Source of the DNA: Acidobacteriota bacterium
Lineage (GTDB): Bacteria > Acidobacteriota > Terriglobia > Acidiferrales > UBA7541
Reading direction: 5' to 3'
Length of the DNA stretch: 52,618 bases
Assembly: GCA_043758915.1 (NCBI GenBank)
Contig: JAYVMO010000002.1
Coordinates: 1-52,618 of the forward strand
A program made the translations under genes and the position numbers. Positions 1 to 10,054 of the stretch are shown piece by piece (position 1 is the first letter of the stretch; every line of letters begins with the position of its first letter). The notes beneath the pieces were generated by a model, which made no database searches, was not told where the DNA came from, and saw only the letters and a program-made list of their open reading frames with translations.

Positions 1-358
1 CCTCGAACTTCGGCTTCTGCTCCGGCGTCAGTATCGCCCGGATTCGTTCGCGTCCTTTTTGGTGGAGCTGATCGATCTGCGGATCGGTGGTCTTGCGGAT
101 GGCTCTGTACTGCGCCCGCACATCGGTCAAGACGACGTCCAGTTGCTGTTTCTGTTCGTTGGAGAGGCCTAGCTCCTGGGCCAGGTGCTCTACCTTCTGC
201 TGTCTCTTTGCCTGATCCGTCATCGCGGGCGTCATCGCCGCATCCGCATAGCTGCGGTGAGCGAAGACGTAACCAAGCATGCCGCCGAGAGCCGCGCCCA
301 GAAGAAACACGACACCGAGCCATAGGGCAGCCTTCTGGCGCGGAGTTGCTTCACTCAT
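1..358 (-). CDS. Spy/CpxP-like (LTxxQ) membrane-anchored periplasmic helical protein, partial (3' end outside window)
   Basis: Manual translation from ATG 358, which overlaps the upstream TGA as ATGA: MSEATPRQKAALWLGVVFLLGAALGGMLGYVFAH...LAQELGLSNEQKQQL...IRAILTPEQKPKFE. It has an N-terminal TM and two LS/TxEQ motifs. Not in the ORF track. Confidence 0.75.
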   Translation of the reverse strand, partial: MSEATPRQKAALWLGVVFLLGAALGGMLGYVFAHRSYADAAMTPAMTDQAKRQQKVEHLAQELGLSNEQKQQLDVVLTDVRAQYRAIRKTTDPQIDQLHQKGRERIRAILTPEQKPKFE

Positions 359-870
359 TGTGGCCTCTCCGCCAAACTGATTAGCATGTCGTCTTGATTC
401 GCCGGCGGCGGCGAAGTTTCAAACAGAGTTTCCTGTGCCGTGTCCGCAGCGGAGACTCCTGGGGGCGCAGTATCGGGCCGTTTATAAATCCAGGCGCTGA
501 CGACCAGCAGCAACGCCGCGGAAGCCAATGCCAGCCTCGACGCCAGCTTCGGCACAGCGGCCCAGGAAGTTCCCGCGCGGCGGACTTCCGCTTCCTGAGC
601 GGCTATTGCAGCCATCACCCGGGGGGCAAACCACGCCTCCCGAGTTGCCGCCTGTGCGGGCAAGCCCCTCAGAAGTGCGCGCACCGACAGGAGTCCCTCC
701 GCTGCCGCCAGGCATTCTTGGCAGGAAGCGGCGTGACTCTGCATCTGTGCGGGCAACGCCAAAAGAAGCGCTTCCCGCGTTTCCGCAGGTGGCGCGGCAC
801 CGGCAGCCGCCTCAAGAACTTCTCGAAACTGGCCGCATTCTTCCCGATGCTTCTTCAGCAGGTTCCACAT
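355..870 (-). CDS. Membrane anti-sigma factor (zinc-binding ZAS type)
   Basis: HxxxCxxC motif (SHAASCQEC), one TM (LALASAALLLVVSAWIY), directly downstream of an ECF sigma. Start placed at MWNLLKK (870) behind a purine-rich AGGAGG. Confidence 0.75.
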   Translation of the reverse strand: MWNLLKKHREECGQFREVLEAAAGAAPPAETREALLLALPAQMQSHAASCQECLAAAEGLLSVRALLRGLPAQAATREAWFAPRVMAAIAAQEAEVRRAGTSWAAVPKLASRLALASAALLLVVSAWIYKRPDTAPPGVSAADTAQETLFETSPPPANQDDMLISLAERPQ

Positions 871-948
871 ACCCGCCTCCTTACCGCGCCTTCGCAATCC
901 TTCCACGCCGTACGCGAAATCACAAAATCCTTGTTCCCTTGTCTCCGC

Positions 949-1599
949 TCAAGTGCCGCGCTTGCGAGCCAGCGCCACGATCCGCTGGCGCGCCCGGAAA
1001 AGCCGAACCTTCACGGTGTTCGCGTTCAGGTCCATGATCTCGGCGATCTCCACGATCGCAAAACCTTCCACTTCCTTCAAGATCAGCATCAGCCGGTCGC
1101 GCTCGCCCAATCCCTCCAGCAAGCGTTCCACGCGCTGCCTCGCTGCCAGCCGATCGCTGATGTCCAGCTCCGTGCTTCCCTTCTCCGCGGAAGCCAGCAC
1201 TTGATGAGCCTGCTCCTCACTCAGGTCCGACTCGTAAAGCAGGGGCCGTACTTTTTTCTTCCGCAGCAAGTCCCAGCATTCATTCACCGTGATCTTATAC
1301 AACCAGGTGCTGAATGCCGCGCGCTGATCGAAGCGCTTCAGCGAGAAATATGCTTTTACGAACACCTGCTGCGCAATATCTTCCACATCCTCCCGCCTCC
1401 GGAGAATCCTTCCCGCCACGGCAAGCACGCGTTGCTGATGGCGCCGGAGCAGTTCCTCAAAGGCATCCTTATCGTCCGCTTGCGCAGCGCGCACCAGTTC
1501 GCGGTCATTGGCAGCGCCATGCCGCGGTCCGGGACGCTCCTCAGCCACCCGTGCCGAGGGGGGTGCCGCCGGGGGCTCTAGTTTTGGGACGCGTGCCAT
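949..1599 (-). CDS. ECF (sigma-70 group 4) RNA polymerase sigma factor
   Basis: Region 2 (EDIAQQVFVKAY...FSTWLYKITVNECWD) and region 4 (EIAEIMDLNANTVKVRLFRAR) signatures. Confidence 0.93.
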   Translation of the reverse strand: MARVPKLEPPAAPPSARVAEERPGPRHGAANDRELVRAAQADDKDAFEELLRRHQQRVLAVAGRILRRREDVEDIAQQVFVKAYFSLKRFDQRAAFSTWLYKITVNECWDLLRKKKVRPLLYESDLSEEQAHQVLASAEKGSTELDISDRLAARQRVERLLEGLGERDRLMLILKEVEGFAIVEIAEIMDLNANTVKVRLFRARQRIVALARKRGT

Positions 1600-1610
1600 G
1601 GGGTTTCGGT

Positions 1611-1636
1611 TACGTACTATACCCTTCCCGGTTTCC
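1611..1636 (-). promoter_or_regulatory. Putative autoregulated ECF-sigma promoter GGAAAC-N16-CGTA
   Basis: Minus strand reads GGAAAC cgggaagggtatagta CGTA, 11 nt before the sigma ATG. This matches the SigW-like ECF consensus TGAAAC-N16-CGTA. Confidence 0.65.
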
Positions 1637-1680
1637 TTGGATGCACCAGGTAGTTCATCCGGCGGCCAGCAAATTCGTAC

Positions 1681-1710
1681 TTGCTATATGTCTTATCGAC
1701 ATGGGATAAT
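1681..1710 (+). promoter_or_regulatory. Sigma70-type promoter (TTGCTA-N18-GATAAT, extended TG) with ATGTC-N5-GACAT palindrome in the spacer
   Basis: -35 at 1681-1686 and -10 at 1705-1710, 6 nt before ATG 1717 (leaderless geometry). Inverted repeat at 1688-1692/1698-1702. Confidence 0.5.
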
Positions 1711-1716
1711 ACCGCC

Positions 1717-2088
1717 ATGATTATTGGCGACCGTCTTCGCGCACTCCGCGAAGAAAAGAAACTTTCCCAGGGCGACATCGAAAAGCGCACCGGACTACTC
1801 CGTTGCTACATCTCCCGCGTTGAAAATGGCCATACCGTTCCGGCCATTGAAACACTGGAGAAACTGGCGCGCGCGCTCGAGTGCCCACTCTATCAACTCT
1901 TTTATGACGGTGAGGAACCGCCGCAATTGCCGAATCTGCCCAAGCGCAAGTCATCCGATGACATCGTGTGGGGCAGCGCCGGTAAAGATGCCCGCTTTCT
2001 TAACAAGCTCCGCCGCCTGCTGAGCAAGATCGAGGAAGGCGATCGCAAGCTCGTTTTGTACATGACCCAGAAAATGGCCATCCGCTAG
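1717..2088 (+). CDS. XRE-family helix-turn-helix transcriptional regulator
   Basis: MIIGDRLRALREEKKLSQGDIEKRTGLLRCYISRVENGHTVPAIETLEKLARAL is an HTH_3 pattern. Confidence 0.9.
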   Translation: MIIGDRLRALREEKKLSQGDIEKRTGLLRCYISRVENGHTVPAIETLEKLARALECPLYQLFYDGEEPPQLPNLPKRKSSDDIVWGSAGKDARFLNKLRRLLSKIEEGDRKLVLYMTQKMAIR

Positions 2089-2145
2089 TTTCGCGATCAT
2101 GCCGCTACTGCTGTCGCACTTCGAATGAAGTGCAACCAACGGCAA

Positions 2146-2180
2146 AGGCCGCGCTACCCCGCAACGCGGCCTATCTTTTT
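2146..2180 (+). terminator. Putative intrinsic terminator between convergent XRE gene and guaA
   Basis: AGGCCGCG-N11-CGCGGCCT followed by ATCTTTTT. Confidence 0.5.
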
Positions 2181-2256
2181 GGACAGCTCTAGCTCTGAGC
2201 GGAACCACGCGTTCGTATCCGCTCTGTTCCAATTTGAAACAGTTGTGGCCACTTCG

Positions 2257-3873
2257 CTATTCCCACTCAATCGTGCTCGGAGGTTTCGAGCTGATGTCAT
2301 AGACCACGCGGGTCACACCGGGGACCTCATTCACTATGCGCGTCGAGATGCGCTCCAGGACATCTCCCGGCAACCGTACCCAGTCCGCGGTCATGGCGTC
2401 TTCCGACTCGACGACACGTACCGCGACGGTCAGTCCATAAGTGCGTCCGTCGCCCATGACCCCAACGCTGCGAACGGGTAAGAGAACGGCGAAGGCCTGC
2501 CAGACTTTTTCGTAAAGCCCCGCGCGCCGAATCTCCTCAACGACAATGGCGTCGGCTTCCTGCAGGGTAATTAGATGCGGGCGAGTGATTTCTCCAAGTA
2601 GCCGGACGGCCAATCCGGGGCCAGGAAACGGGTGTTTCAAAAGAATTTCATCCGGGAGGCCGAGATCCCTGCCAATGCGGCGAACTTCGTCCTTAAATAG
2701 GTCGCGCAGAGGTTCGATGAGCGCAAACGGCATCCTTTCCGGCAAGCCGCCGACGTTATGATGCGTCTTGATGGTCGCCGAAGGGCCTTTCACGGAGACC
2801 GACTCGATCACGTCGGGATAGAGAGTCCCCTGCACGAGGAAGCCAATTTCGTCGTGCGCTTCCCCAGTTTGGAGCTTCCGCGCTTCTTCCGCGAATACGG
2901 CGATGAATTCCCTGCCGATGCATTTGCGTTTCTCCTCCGGGTCGGTCACACCTTTTAGCGGGGCTAGAAACCGGTCCGTGGCATCCACGCCGATCACGCG
3001 CAATCCCAGGCGGTCGCGCAGCATCTCCAGAGTGTCCGCGAACTCATTCTTCCGCAGCATGCCGGTATTGACAAAAATGTTTGTAAGCCGGTCGCCCATG
3101 GCGCGGTGCACCAGTACGGCCGCCACGGTGGAATCCACGCCGCCGCTCAGCGCGCAAATCGCGCGGGTATTCCCAACCTTTTTGCGAATGGCTTCGGTCG
3201 TTTCTTCAATAAAGGCCGCGCCGCTCCACTTGGCCTCGGCTTTGCAAACACGAAATAGAAAATTCCGCAGCAACTGCGTGCCGCATTCCGTGTGATTTAC
3301 TTCCGGGTGAAACTCGACGGCATAGATTTTTCTTTGCGCATCCTCGACCGCGGCAATGGCATTTTCCGTGAGTCCGACGGTGCGAAATCCTGCTGGGAGA
3401 GCGCGGACGTGGTCGCCGTGGCTGTTCCACACCCTCAACGATCCTGGCACGCCGGCAAATAGCTCGGATTCGGTTTGCCCGTTGGCCTTTTCAATATTTA
3501 GCTGGGCGCGGCCATATTCTCGCCGCTCCGCCTTTTCTACTTTGCCGCCGAGGGCATGGGTAATCCACTGCATCCCGTAACAGATGCCCAATACAGGCAC
3601 GCCGAGCGCCAGCACTTGGGGGTCGCATTTTGGCGCTTCCGCGTCATACACGGAACTGGGACCGCCGGACAGGACGATGCCCACAGGCTGCAATCTCTGA
3701 ATTTCTTGAACGGACGAAGTGCAGGGCAAAACGGCGGAGAACACCTGCTGCTCGCGGATGCGCCGCGCAATCAGTTGCGTGTACTGACCGCCAAAATCCA
3801 GCACCACCACGCCGCCGCGTTCCGCTGTCATGATGCCCCCTTGCTCCGGTGCTTGCTTGGCCGCGCTCTCCAT
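2257..3873 (-). CDS. guaA: GMP synthase (glutamine-hydrolysing)
   Basis: LDFGGQYTQLIARR, GICYG, FHPEV, SGGVDS, IKTHHNVGG, and the C-terminal KPPSTIEWE. Confidence 0.98.
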   Translation of the reverse strand: MESAAKQAPEQGGIMTAERGGVVVLDFGGQYTQLIARRIREQQVFSAVLPCTSSVQEIQRLQPVGIVLSGGPSSVYDAEAPKCDPQVLALGVPVLGICYGMQWITHALGGKVEKAERREYGRAQLNIEKANGQTESELFAGVPGSLRVWNSHGDHVRALPAGFRTVGLTENAIAAVEDAQRKIYAVEFHPEVNHTECGTQLLRNFLFRVCKAEAKWSGAAFIEETTEAIRKKVGNTRAICALSGGVDSTVAAVLVHRAMGDRLTNIFVNTGMLRKNEFADTLEMLRDRLGLRVIGVDATDRFLAPLKGVTDPEEKRKCIGREFIAVFAEEARKLQTGEAHDEIGFLVQGTLYPDVIESVSVKGPSATIKTHHNVGGLPERMPFALIEPLRDLFKDEVRRIGRDLGLPDEILLKHPFPGPGLAVRLLGEITRPHLITLQEADAIVVEEIRRAGLYEKVWQAFAVLLPVRSVGVMGDGRTYGLTVAVRVVESEDAMTADWVRLPGDVLERISTRIVNEVPGVTRVVYDISSKPPSTIEWE

Positions 3874-3886
3874 CGTGAAATCTCCC

Positions 3887-6388
3887 CTACGCTACGACGA
3901 GGTTCAGCAGCCGATCGGCTACGAAAATACGTTTTACCATGCGCTTCCCGTTAGTGTGCTGGGCGATGGCGGCATCCGCGAGCGCCAATTTGACGGCCTC
4001 TTCCTCGCCGGTTCCGACCGCCACTTTCAGCTTGCCGCGCACTCGACCGTTGACCTGCACGACGATTTCGACTTCTTCATCGCGCGCCAAGTCCGCATTG
4101 AAAGCCGGCCAGCTCACCGTCCACTGACCACCGCTATGGCCGAGCATCTCCCATAATTCCTCGGAAACATGCGGCGTCATGGGCGCAAGCATGAGCGTCA
4201 GGAGTTCGAGCACTTCCTTGCGCACTTCCGGACGCACCCCTTCTTCGAGAGGCTCCTGCGCGTAGATTTCGTTGGTCAGCTCCATAATGAGGGCAATCGC
4301 GGAATTGAAGTGCCAGCGCGTTTCGAAGTCCTGCGTGACGCGACGCAGGGTCTGGTGCGCTTTGCGCAGCAGAATCTTTTCTTTTTCCGATGCGGTCACG
4401 GAAGGCATGTTCCCTGCTATTACGCCGCGCACGGCTTCCGCGTGCCGAACGACAAGACGAAACACGCGGTTCAGGAAGCGCCAGGAGCCTTCGATGCTCT
4501 CCTCGCTCCATTCCAGGTCCTTTTCCGGGGGCGCCGCAAACAGCGTGTACAGTCGTCCCGTATCCGCTCCATATTTCTGCGCCATATCAATCGCGCCGAC
4601 GACATTGCCACGGTTCTTTGACATGGCTACACCACCCTTGAGCACCATGCCTTGCGTGAAGAGCCGCGCCGCAGGTTCGGTGTGCTTGATTAGGCCAAGG
4701 TCATGCATCACCTTGCACCAGAACCGCGAGTAGAGCAGGTGCAGAATCGCGTGAGTGATTCCGCCTATGTACTGGTCAATCGGAAACCAGTAGCTTACTT
4801 TTGACGAATCGTAGGGTGCCTTGTCGTTGTGCGGGTCGCAGTAGCGATAGAAATACCACGACGAATCTACGAAAGTGTCCATGGTGTCTGCTTCGCGCCG
4901 CGCCGGTCCGCCGCATTTCGGACACGTGGTGTTCACGAATTCCGGAGTGGCTGCCAGCGGCGATTCCCCCATGCCCGTCAGCTTGGGATTCGCTGGCAGC
5001 AGGACCGGCAGGTCCTTGTCCGGCACCGGCACCATGCCATCCTTCGTGCAATACACCACTGGAATAGGCGTGCCCCAATAACGCTGCCGCGAAATGCCCC
5101 AATCTTTCAGACGGAAAATTGTTTCGCGTTTGCCAAAGCCTTTGGATTCCGCCTCCGCGCCCATCTTGGCGATGGCTTCCATCGGAGAAAGTCCGTTATA
5201 GGGTCCAGAGTTTACGAGAGTTCCCCGCTCCTCTTCGCCAAAGGCGGCAGTCATTTTCGCCGGGTCGAGCTGTTCACCCTCCCGCGGCTGCACGACGACG
5301 CGCACCGGCAGGCCGTACTTCCGGCAGAACTCGAAGTCGCGCTGATCGTGCGCCGGAACAGCCATGATGGCGCCCGTCCCGTACTCCATCAGGACGAAGT
5401 TGCCGACCCAAATGGGCAGCTTTTCGTTATTGAAGGGATTGACCGCGTAACGGCCGGTGAAAAAACCTTCTTTTTCGGCAGTGGCCAGATCTTCGGCCTT
5501 GACCGAAGCTTGGCGCATGGCGGCGAGTTGGTGTTCGGCCGCGGCGCGTTCGGGCGAGCCTTCGAGCAGTCTGCTTACGAGCGGATGATTGGGTGCGAGG
5601 ATGATGACGGTGGCGCCGTAAATGGTGTCAATGCGCGTGGTAAAAATTTCGATCGCATCAGCGACGACGACATGCGCAACGGCAAACTTCACCTTGGCGC
5701 CCTGCGACTTGCCAATCCAATTCCGCTGCATGGTGATGACGCGGTCGGGCCAAACGCCTTCCAGCAGTTTTAGGTCATCGAGCAGCTGGTCGGAGTAGGC
5801 CGTCGTCTTCAGAAACCACTGTGCGATCTCGCGCGCCTCGACCAGGGTATCTTCATGCCGCCAGCAGTAGCCGTTGACGACCTGCTCGTTGGCCAGCACC
5901 GTCGCGCACTTGGGACACCAGTTCACACGGCTCTTCTTGCGGTACGCCAGGCCGCGCTCCAGCATGCGCAGAAAAAACCACTGGTTCCAGCGGTAGTATT
6001 CCGGCTCGCAGGTGGAGATTTCCCTGCGCCAGTCGTAGCTGAAGCCGAAGCGGCGTAGCACGCGCTGAAATTCGGCGATGTTGTTATTGGTCCAGGTGCG
6101 CGGGTGGGTGTTGTTCTTGATGGCCGCGTTCTCGGCAGGCAGGCCGAAAGCATCCCAGCCCATGGGATGCAGCACGTTGAATCCCCGCATGCGCTTCACA
6201 CGGGCGACGACGTCGCCGATGGTGTAATTGCGCATGTGGCCCATGTGCAGCGTGCCCGAAGGATAGGGCAGCATTTCCAGAACGTAATACTTGGGCTTTG
6301 CGGGGTCCGCCTCGGTCTCGAAAACGCGCACCTCTTCCCAGCGCTTCTGCCACTTGGCCTCGATTTCTTGTGGGTTGTAGTCCGGCAC
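3887..6388 (-). CDS. leuS: Leucine--tRNA ligase
   Basis: [26 protein letters not shown], editing-domain TTRIDT and [23 protein letters not shown]-terminal VQVNGRVRG. The KMSKS motif reads AMSKN. Confidence 0.98.
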   Translation of the reverse strand: MPDYNPQEIEAKWQKRWEEVRVFETEADPAKPKYYVLEMLPYPSGTLHMGHMRNYTIGDVVARVKRMRGFNVLHPMGWDAFGLPAENAAIKNNTHPRTWTNNNIAEFQRVLRRFGFSYDWRREISTCEPEYYRWNQWFFLRMLERGLAYRKKSRVNWCPKCATVLANEQVVNGYCWRHEDTLVEAREIAQWFLKTTAYSDQLLDDLKLLEGVWPDRVITMQRNWIGKSQGAKVKFAVAHVVVADAIEIFTTRIDTIYGATVIILAPNHPLVSRLLEGSPERAAAEHQLAAMRQASVKAEDLATAEKEGFFTGRYAVNPFNNEKLPIWVGNFVLMEYGTGAIMAVPAHDQRDFEFCRKYGLPVRVVVQPREGEQLDPAKMTAAFGEEERGTLVNSGPYNGLSPMEAIAKMGAEAESKGFGKRETIFRLKDWGISRQRYWGTPIPVVYCTKDGMVPVPDKDLPVLLPANPKLTGMGESPLAATPEFVNTTCPKCGGPARREADTMDTFVDSSWYFYRYCDPHNDKAPYDSSKVSYWFPIDQYIGGITHAILHLLYSRFWCKVMHDLGLIKHTEPAARLFTQGMVLKGGVAMSKNRGNVVGAIDMAQKYGADTGRLYTLFAAPPEKDLEWSEESIEGSWRFLNRVFRLVVRHAEAVRGVIAGNMPSVTASEKEKILLRKAHQTLRRVTQDFETRWHFNSAIALIMELTNEIYAQEPLEEGVRPEVRKEVLELLTLMLAPMTPHVSEELWEMLGHSGGQWTVSWPAFNADLARDEEVEIVVQVNGRVRGKLKVAVGTGEEEAVKLALADAAIAQHTNGKRMVKRIFVADRLLNLVVA

Positions 6389-6394
6389 GCCCCG

Positions 6395-7624
6395 CTAACC
6401 CTTCTTCCGCGCTTTTCTTGGCTTGCTGGTTGCCTTTGTTTTCTTGGCCGCCGGCTTGCGAGCCTTGATCTTTGGTCTTGGTGCTAGCGGCGCGGTTAAA
6501 GCTTCGGCATGCTTCTTCCTGCTCTCCGCTTTCCTGGCCGTTGCCGCCGTTTTAGCCTGGATCTTTTTGATGGCCGCGGTCAGCATGGAGAATCCCTTCT
6601 CCGCGGGCGGTGCGTTTTCCGCCAAACTGGCCAACTCCCACAATTTCGCTACGTTACGGCGGTCATCGCCAGGCTCATCAATCGGTGTCTCCAGCACGAA
6701 CGCTCGCCCGGGGAGTCCCTCCGGCGCGGCAGCAGCGAGTCGCGGATGCCTCAGTATCCTCTCAAACGCCTCGGCTCCAATCTTGCCAAGGCCGATGTGC
6801 TCATGCCTGTCGACCCGTCCGCCGAGCGGAATCTTCGAATCGTTCACGTGGAACACCGGCACGCGGTGCAGTCCGATGTTGCTTTCGATCTGGCCGATTG
6901 TGGCTGCCAACCCGGCTTCACTCTTGATGTCGTACCCCGCCGCGAAAAGGTGGGCGGTGTCCAGGCACGCACCGACGGGTAACGATTTCAGGCCCGCGAC
7001 GATCTCCGCAACCTCTTCCAGGCGCGCCCCGACGGCCGAGCCCATTCCAGCGGTGTTCTCGATGAGAATCTCCAAACCATCCAACGGCACGCGCCGCGCC
7101 GCCTGTTTCACGGACTCGATGATCGTGGCCACCGCTTGTTGCGAAGAAGATTCGCCCCGGGAACCGGGATGCACGACCAGAAAATCCGCTCCCAGCGCCC
7201 GGGCGCGCACGAGTTCATCATGGAACGCCTGGATCGAACGCGTTCGCAGCATGGGCTGGGCTGATGCCAGGTTGATCAAATAATTGGCATGAATCACCAG
7301 CGGTCCCAGACGCAGCTCTTCGCGTCGTGCGCAAAATGCCTTGGCATCCACTTCCGGGATGCGTGCGGAGCCGCTTTGCCACATGCGCGGGCTGGCGGAG
7401 AAAATTTGCAACGCATTGCAGCCGAGCTTCCGGGCGGATTCCAGCGCATTCAGGTAGCTCCCGGCGATGGAGGTGTGGATGCCGATGCGCAGGCTGCCGT
7501 CCATCCACGAGGGTGGCTGCGGCTCAGGCTCCGGTTCCGGAAGGTATTCGTCTTCCGGATCGAACTCTGGCGCAGGAGTGAGAGGCTCTTCTGGGATGCC
7601 TGTTGAGAAATTCTGATCGGTCAT
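6395..7624 (-). CDS. nfo: Endonuclease IV (AP endonuclease) with acidic N-extension and Lys/Ala-rich C-tail
   Basis: HANYLINLAS, HPGS, ENTAG, CLDTAH, HVNDSK, DRHEHIG and LETP zinc-ligand motifs. Confidence 0.95.
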   Translation of the reverse strand: MTDQNFSTGIPEEPLTPAPEFDPEDEYLPEPEPEPQPPSWMDGSLRIGIHTSIAGSYLNALESARKLGCNALQIFSASPRMWQSGSARIPEVDAKAFCARREELRLGPLVIHANYLINLASAQPMLRTRSIQAFHDELVRARALGADFLVVHPGSRGESSSQQAVATIIESVKQAARRVPLDGLEILIENTAGMGSAVGARLEEVAEIVAGLKSLPVGACLDTAHLFAAGYDIKSEAGLAATIGQIESNIGLHRVPVFHVNDSKIPLGGRVDRHEHIGLGKIGAEAFERILRHPRLAAAAPEGLPGRAFVLETPIDEPGDDRRNVAKLWELASLAENAPPAEKGFSMLTAAIKKIQAKTAATARKAESRKKHAEALTAPLAPRPKIKARKPAAKKTKATSKPRKARKKG

Positions 7625-7633
7625 AAACTCCCT

Positions 7634-7642
7634 ATTCTACCA
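7634..7642 (-). promoter_or_regulatory. Extended -10 element (TGgTAGAAT) for nfo-leuS-guaA
   Basis: Minus strand reads TGGTAGAAT, 9 nt before the nfo ATG. Confidence 0.45.
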
Positions 7643-7784
7643 CACGCGCCAACTCGGCATTCCCGGTGTCTTGGAGACGCGAAGCCAGCGCCGCTCGAGA
7701 CGTACAGTTGCCGAATGTGGATTTGCGGCGGTGTTCCACCATGCCGTAAACTGAACTGTTGCTTCACGCGCTGGGGAGCCATCG

Positions 7785-8813
7785 ATGCTGGTTGTCATGC
7801 AGTCGCACGCCACCGAGGAACAGATTCGCACCGTCTGCCAGCGGATCGAAAGCCTCGGACTGAAGGCCCACCCGATTCCCGGCGCAGTCCGCACGGCCAT
7901 CGGCATCACCGGCAACAAAGGTGCGATCGACCTCGGCGTACTCGAATCGCTGCCTGGCGTCGTCGAGTGCATCCCCGTCAGCAAGCCTTACAAGCTGGTC
8001 AGCCGCGACGCCAAGGCCGAAGACAGCATCGTGCGCATTCCCACTCCGGGGGGAGATGTGCTCGTTGGAGGCAAGCATCTCGCGCTTATCGCAGGACCGT
8101 GCGCGGTAGAAACCGAAGAACAGTGTATGGCCATCGCCGAAGGCGTGATGAAAACCGGCGTACGACTCTTTCGCGGCGGCGCTTACAAGCCGCGCACTTC
8201 CCCGTACAGCTTTCAAGGCCTCGGCGAGCCGGGCCTCAAGATTCTCGCCAAGGTCCGCGAAAAATATGGCTTCGGCATCATCACCGAGGCCATCGACAAC
8301 GAAAGCCTCGACCTTGTTGAGGACTATGCCGATGTCATCCAAATCGGCGCCCGCAACATGCAAAATTTTTCGCTCCTCAAACGCGCCGGCCGCGCCAAGA
8401 AACCCGTGCTCCTGAAGCGCGGCATGTCCGCCACTCTCGACGAATTTCTGATGGCCGCGGAATACATCCTCTCCGAAGGCAACTACAACGTCATGCTTTG
8501 CGAGCGCGGCGTGCGCACCTTTGCCGACCACTCCCGCAATACGCTGGACCTGAGCATTGTCCCCGCGGTCAAAAAGCGCAGCCACCTGCCGATCCTCGTG
8601 GACCCCAGCCACGGCACCGGCCGCCGTCATAAAGTCCTCCCGCTCTCCCGCGCCGCCGTCGCCGTGGGAGCCGACGGCTTGCTCGTCGAGGTTCACCACC
8701 AGCCGGATCAGGCGCTCTCCGACGGCATGCAATCGATTCTCCCGGAAGAGTTCGCCGCGCTCGTCGAGGAAGTGCGCCAGATCGCCGCCGTCCTGCACCG
8801 CGAAGTCAATTGA
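7785..8813 (+). CDS. aroF: DAHP synthase, type I-beta with N-terminal ferredoxin-like/ACT regulatory domain
   Basis: [48 protein letters not shown]. Confidence 0.95.
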   Translation: MLVVMQSHATEEQIRTVCQRIESLGLKAHPIPGAVRTAIGITGNKGAIDLGVLESLPGVVECIPVSKPYKLVSRDAKAEDSIVRIPTPGGDVLVGGKHLALIAGPCAVETEEQCMAIAEGVMKTGVRLFRGGAYKPRTSPYSFQGLGEPGLKILAKVREKYGFGIITEAIDNESLDLVEDYADVIQIGARNMQNFSLLKRAGRAKKPVLLKRGMSATLDEFLMAAEYILSEGNYNVMLCERGVRTFADHSRNTLDLSIVPAVKKRSHLPILVDPSHGTGRRHKVLPLSRAAVAVGADGLLVEVHHQPDQALSDGMQSILPEEFAALVEEVRQIAAVLHREVN

Positions 8814-8882
8814 GCGCACCATGAAGTTTACCCTGCGGCCGCTGGCCAATTCCCCAGCCAGCGTGTAACAATCCCCGCACCC

Positions 8883-10052
8883 ATGAACCGTCCGCGCAAT
8901 TTCCGTGTACGATTCCTGCTCATCATCCTCCTCGTAGCGGGGCTTGTGGAGTTGCTGCGCGAGCATCGCCCATCGTTCCTGCGTCCGGGGCTGCGGCTGA
9001 ATGCCTACGTCACGGCCGCCGATGGCAGCCTGACGGTTGTCGATTTGGTGAAGCTCCGGAGCGCGGGCCGTATCGTGATTGGAGCAGGCCTTTCCGGAAT
9101 GCGCGCCCACCCGGTACGCCCTGAAATCTGGGGAGTAAGTTCCGTCGGGGGTTACGTCTGGGTTCTAAACGCGCGCTCCAATCAGATCAGCGCGCGCATT
9201 CCGGTAGGCCCGCTTCCCTATGCCATCGATTTTTCCCCCGATGGCCATCGTCTCTATACCACCTCTTCCGGCAGCGACACGCTCGTGGCCATCGATTGCC
9301 AGTCCCACGCCATCCTGGCCCGCGCCAAGACCGGGCGTGACCCGGTTCTCGCCCACATCACGCCCGACGGAAAAAGCATTCTGGTCGTCAACCGCCGCGA
9401 TGCCACTCTTGGCATTCACGACGCTGCCACGCTAGCGCTCCGTGGCAGCGTGCCGGTCGTTCGGCAACCCGAGGACGTGGCCGTCTTGCCAGACAGCTCG
9501 GTAGCCTTTGTTCTAAGCCGCAGCGAGCATCGCATCTCCGTCGTGGACTTGCGCCGCGGCCTCCTGCTCACCAATCTCGAGCTTGCCGGCCGTCCAACGC
9601 AGATGCTTCTCAAGCCCGACGGCGGCGAACTGTACGTCATCTCTCCGGAATCGCATGGCCTGCAAGTCATCAATACCTGGACACATGAAGTTGGGGATTA
9701 CATTCTTCTCGGCTCCGCCCCTTCCTACGCCGCACTCCTTCCGGATGCCAGCGAACTCTTTGTCTCGGACACCGCGGCGGGGCGTATCACCCCTGTCGAT
9801 ATCATCAATCGCCGCGTCGGTCGTCCCATCCCCGCAGGACAGTCTCCAGGCATGCTGGCCTTCAATCCCGGCGATAAACCGAGTCTGCTGTTGGTGGTCA
9901 ATCAGGGTTCAGGTGATCTAGCGGTGATTCGCGTTTTAGCGAACCGGCAAAACCTGGTAACGATGATCCCCGTTGGGGATCATCCCCAAGACCTCGCGGT
10001 CAAATTGTTTGCGCCCGGAAAGTCTTTCCTGTCTGGCAGCTCCGATAAGTAG
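8883..10052 (+). CDS. YncE/YVTN-family beta-propeller protein with N-terminal membrane anchor
   Basis: Repeated IPVGxxP...F/LSPDG..LY units and a hydrophobic N-terminus (FLLIILLVAGLVELL). Confidence 0.8.
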   Translation: MNRPRNFRVRFLLIILLVAGLVELLREHRPSFLRPGLRLNAYVTAADGSLTVVDLVKLRSAGRIVIGAGLSGMRAHPVRPEIWGVSSVGGYVWVLNARSNQISARIPVGPLPYAIDFSPDGHRLYTTSSGSDTLVAIDCQSHAILARAKTGRDPVLAHITPDGKSILVVNRRDATLGIHDAATLALRGSVPVVRQPEDVAVLPDSSVAFVLSRSEHRISVVDLRRGLLLTNLELAGRPTQMLLKPDGGELYVISPESHGLQVINTWTHEVGDYILLGSAPSYAALLPDASELFVSDTAAGRITPVDIINRRVGRPIPAGQSPGMLAFNPGDKPSLLLVVNQGSGDLAVIRVLANRQNLVTMIPVGDHPQDLAVKLFAPGKSFLSGSSDK

Positions 10053-10054
10053 GT

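Noticed and set aside
394-1581. 395-aa + strand ORF and many similar long antisense or shifted ORFs (e.g. 7764-9110, 24929-26269, 36694-37962, 41637-42692)
   Set aside because: Shadows of well-supported genes in GC-rich, skewed DNA. They have no recognisable motifs and show low-complexity Ser/Pro/Arg composition.
8821-8868. 15-codon ORF MKFTLRPLANSPASV between aroF and the YncE gene
   Set aside because: No RBS or attenuator structure; expected by chance.
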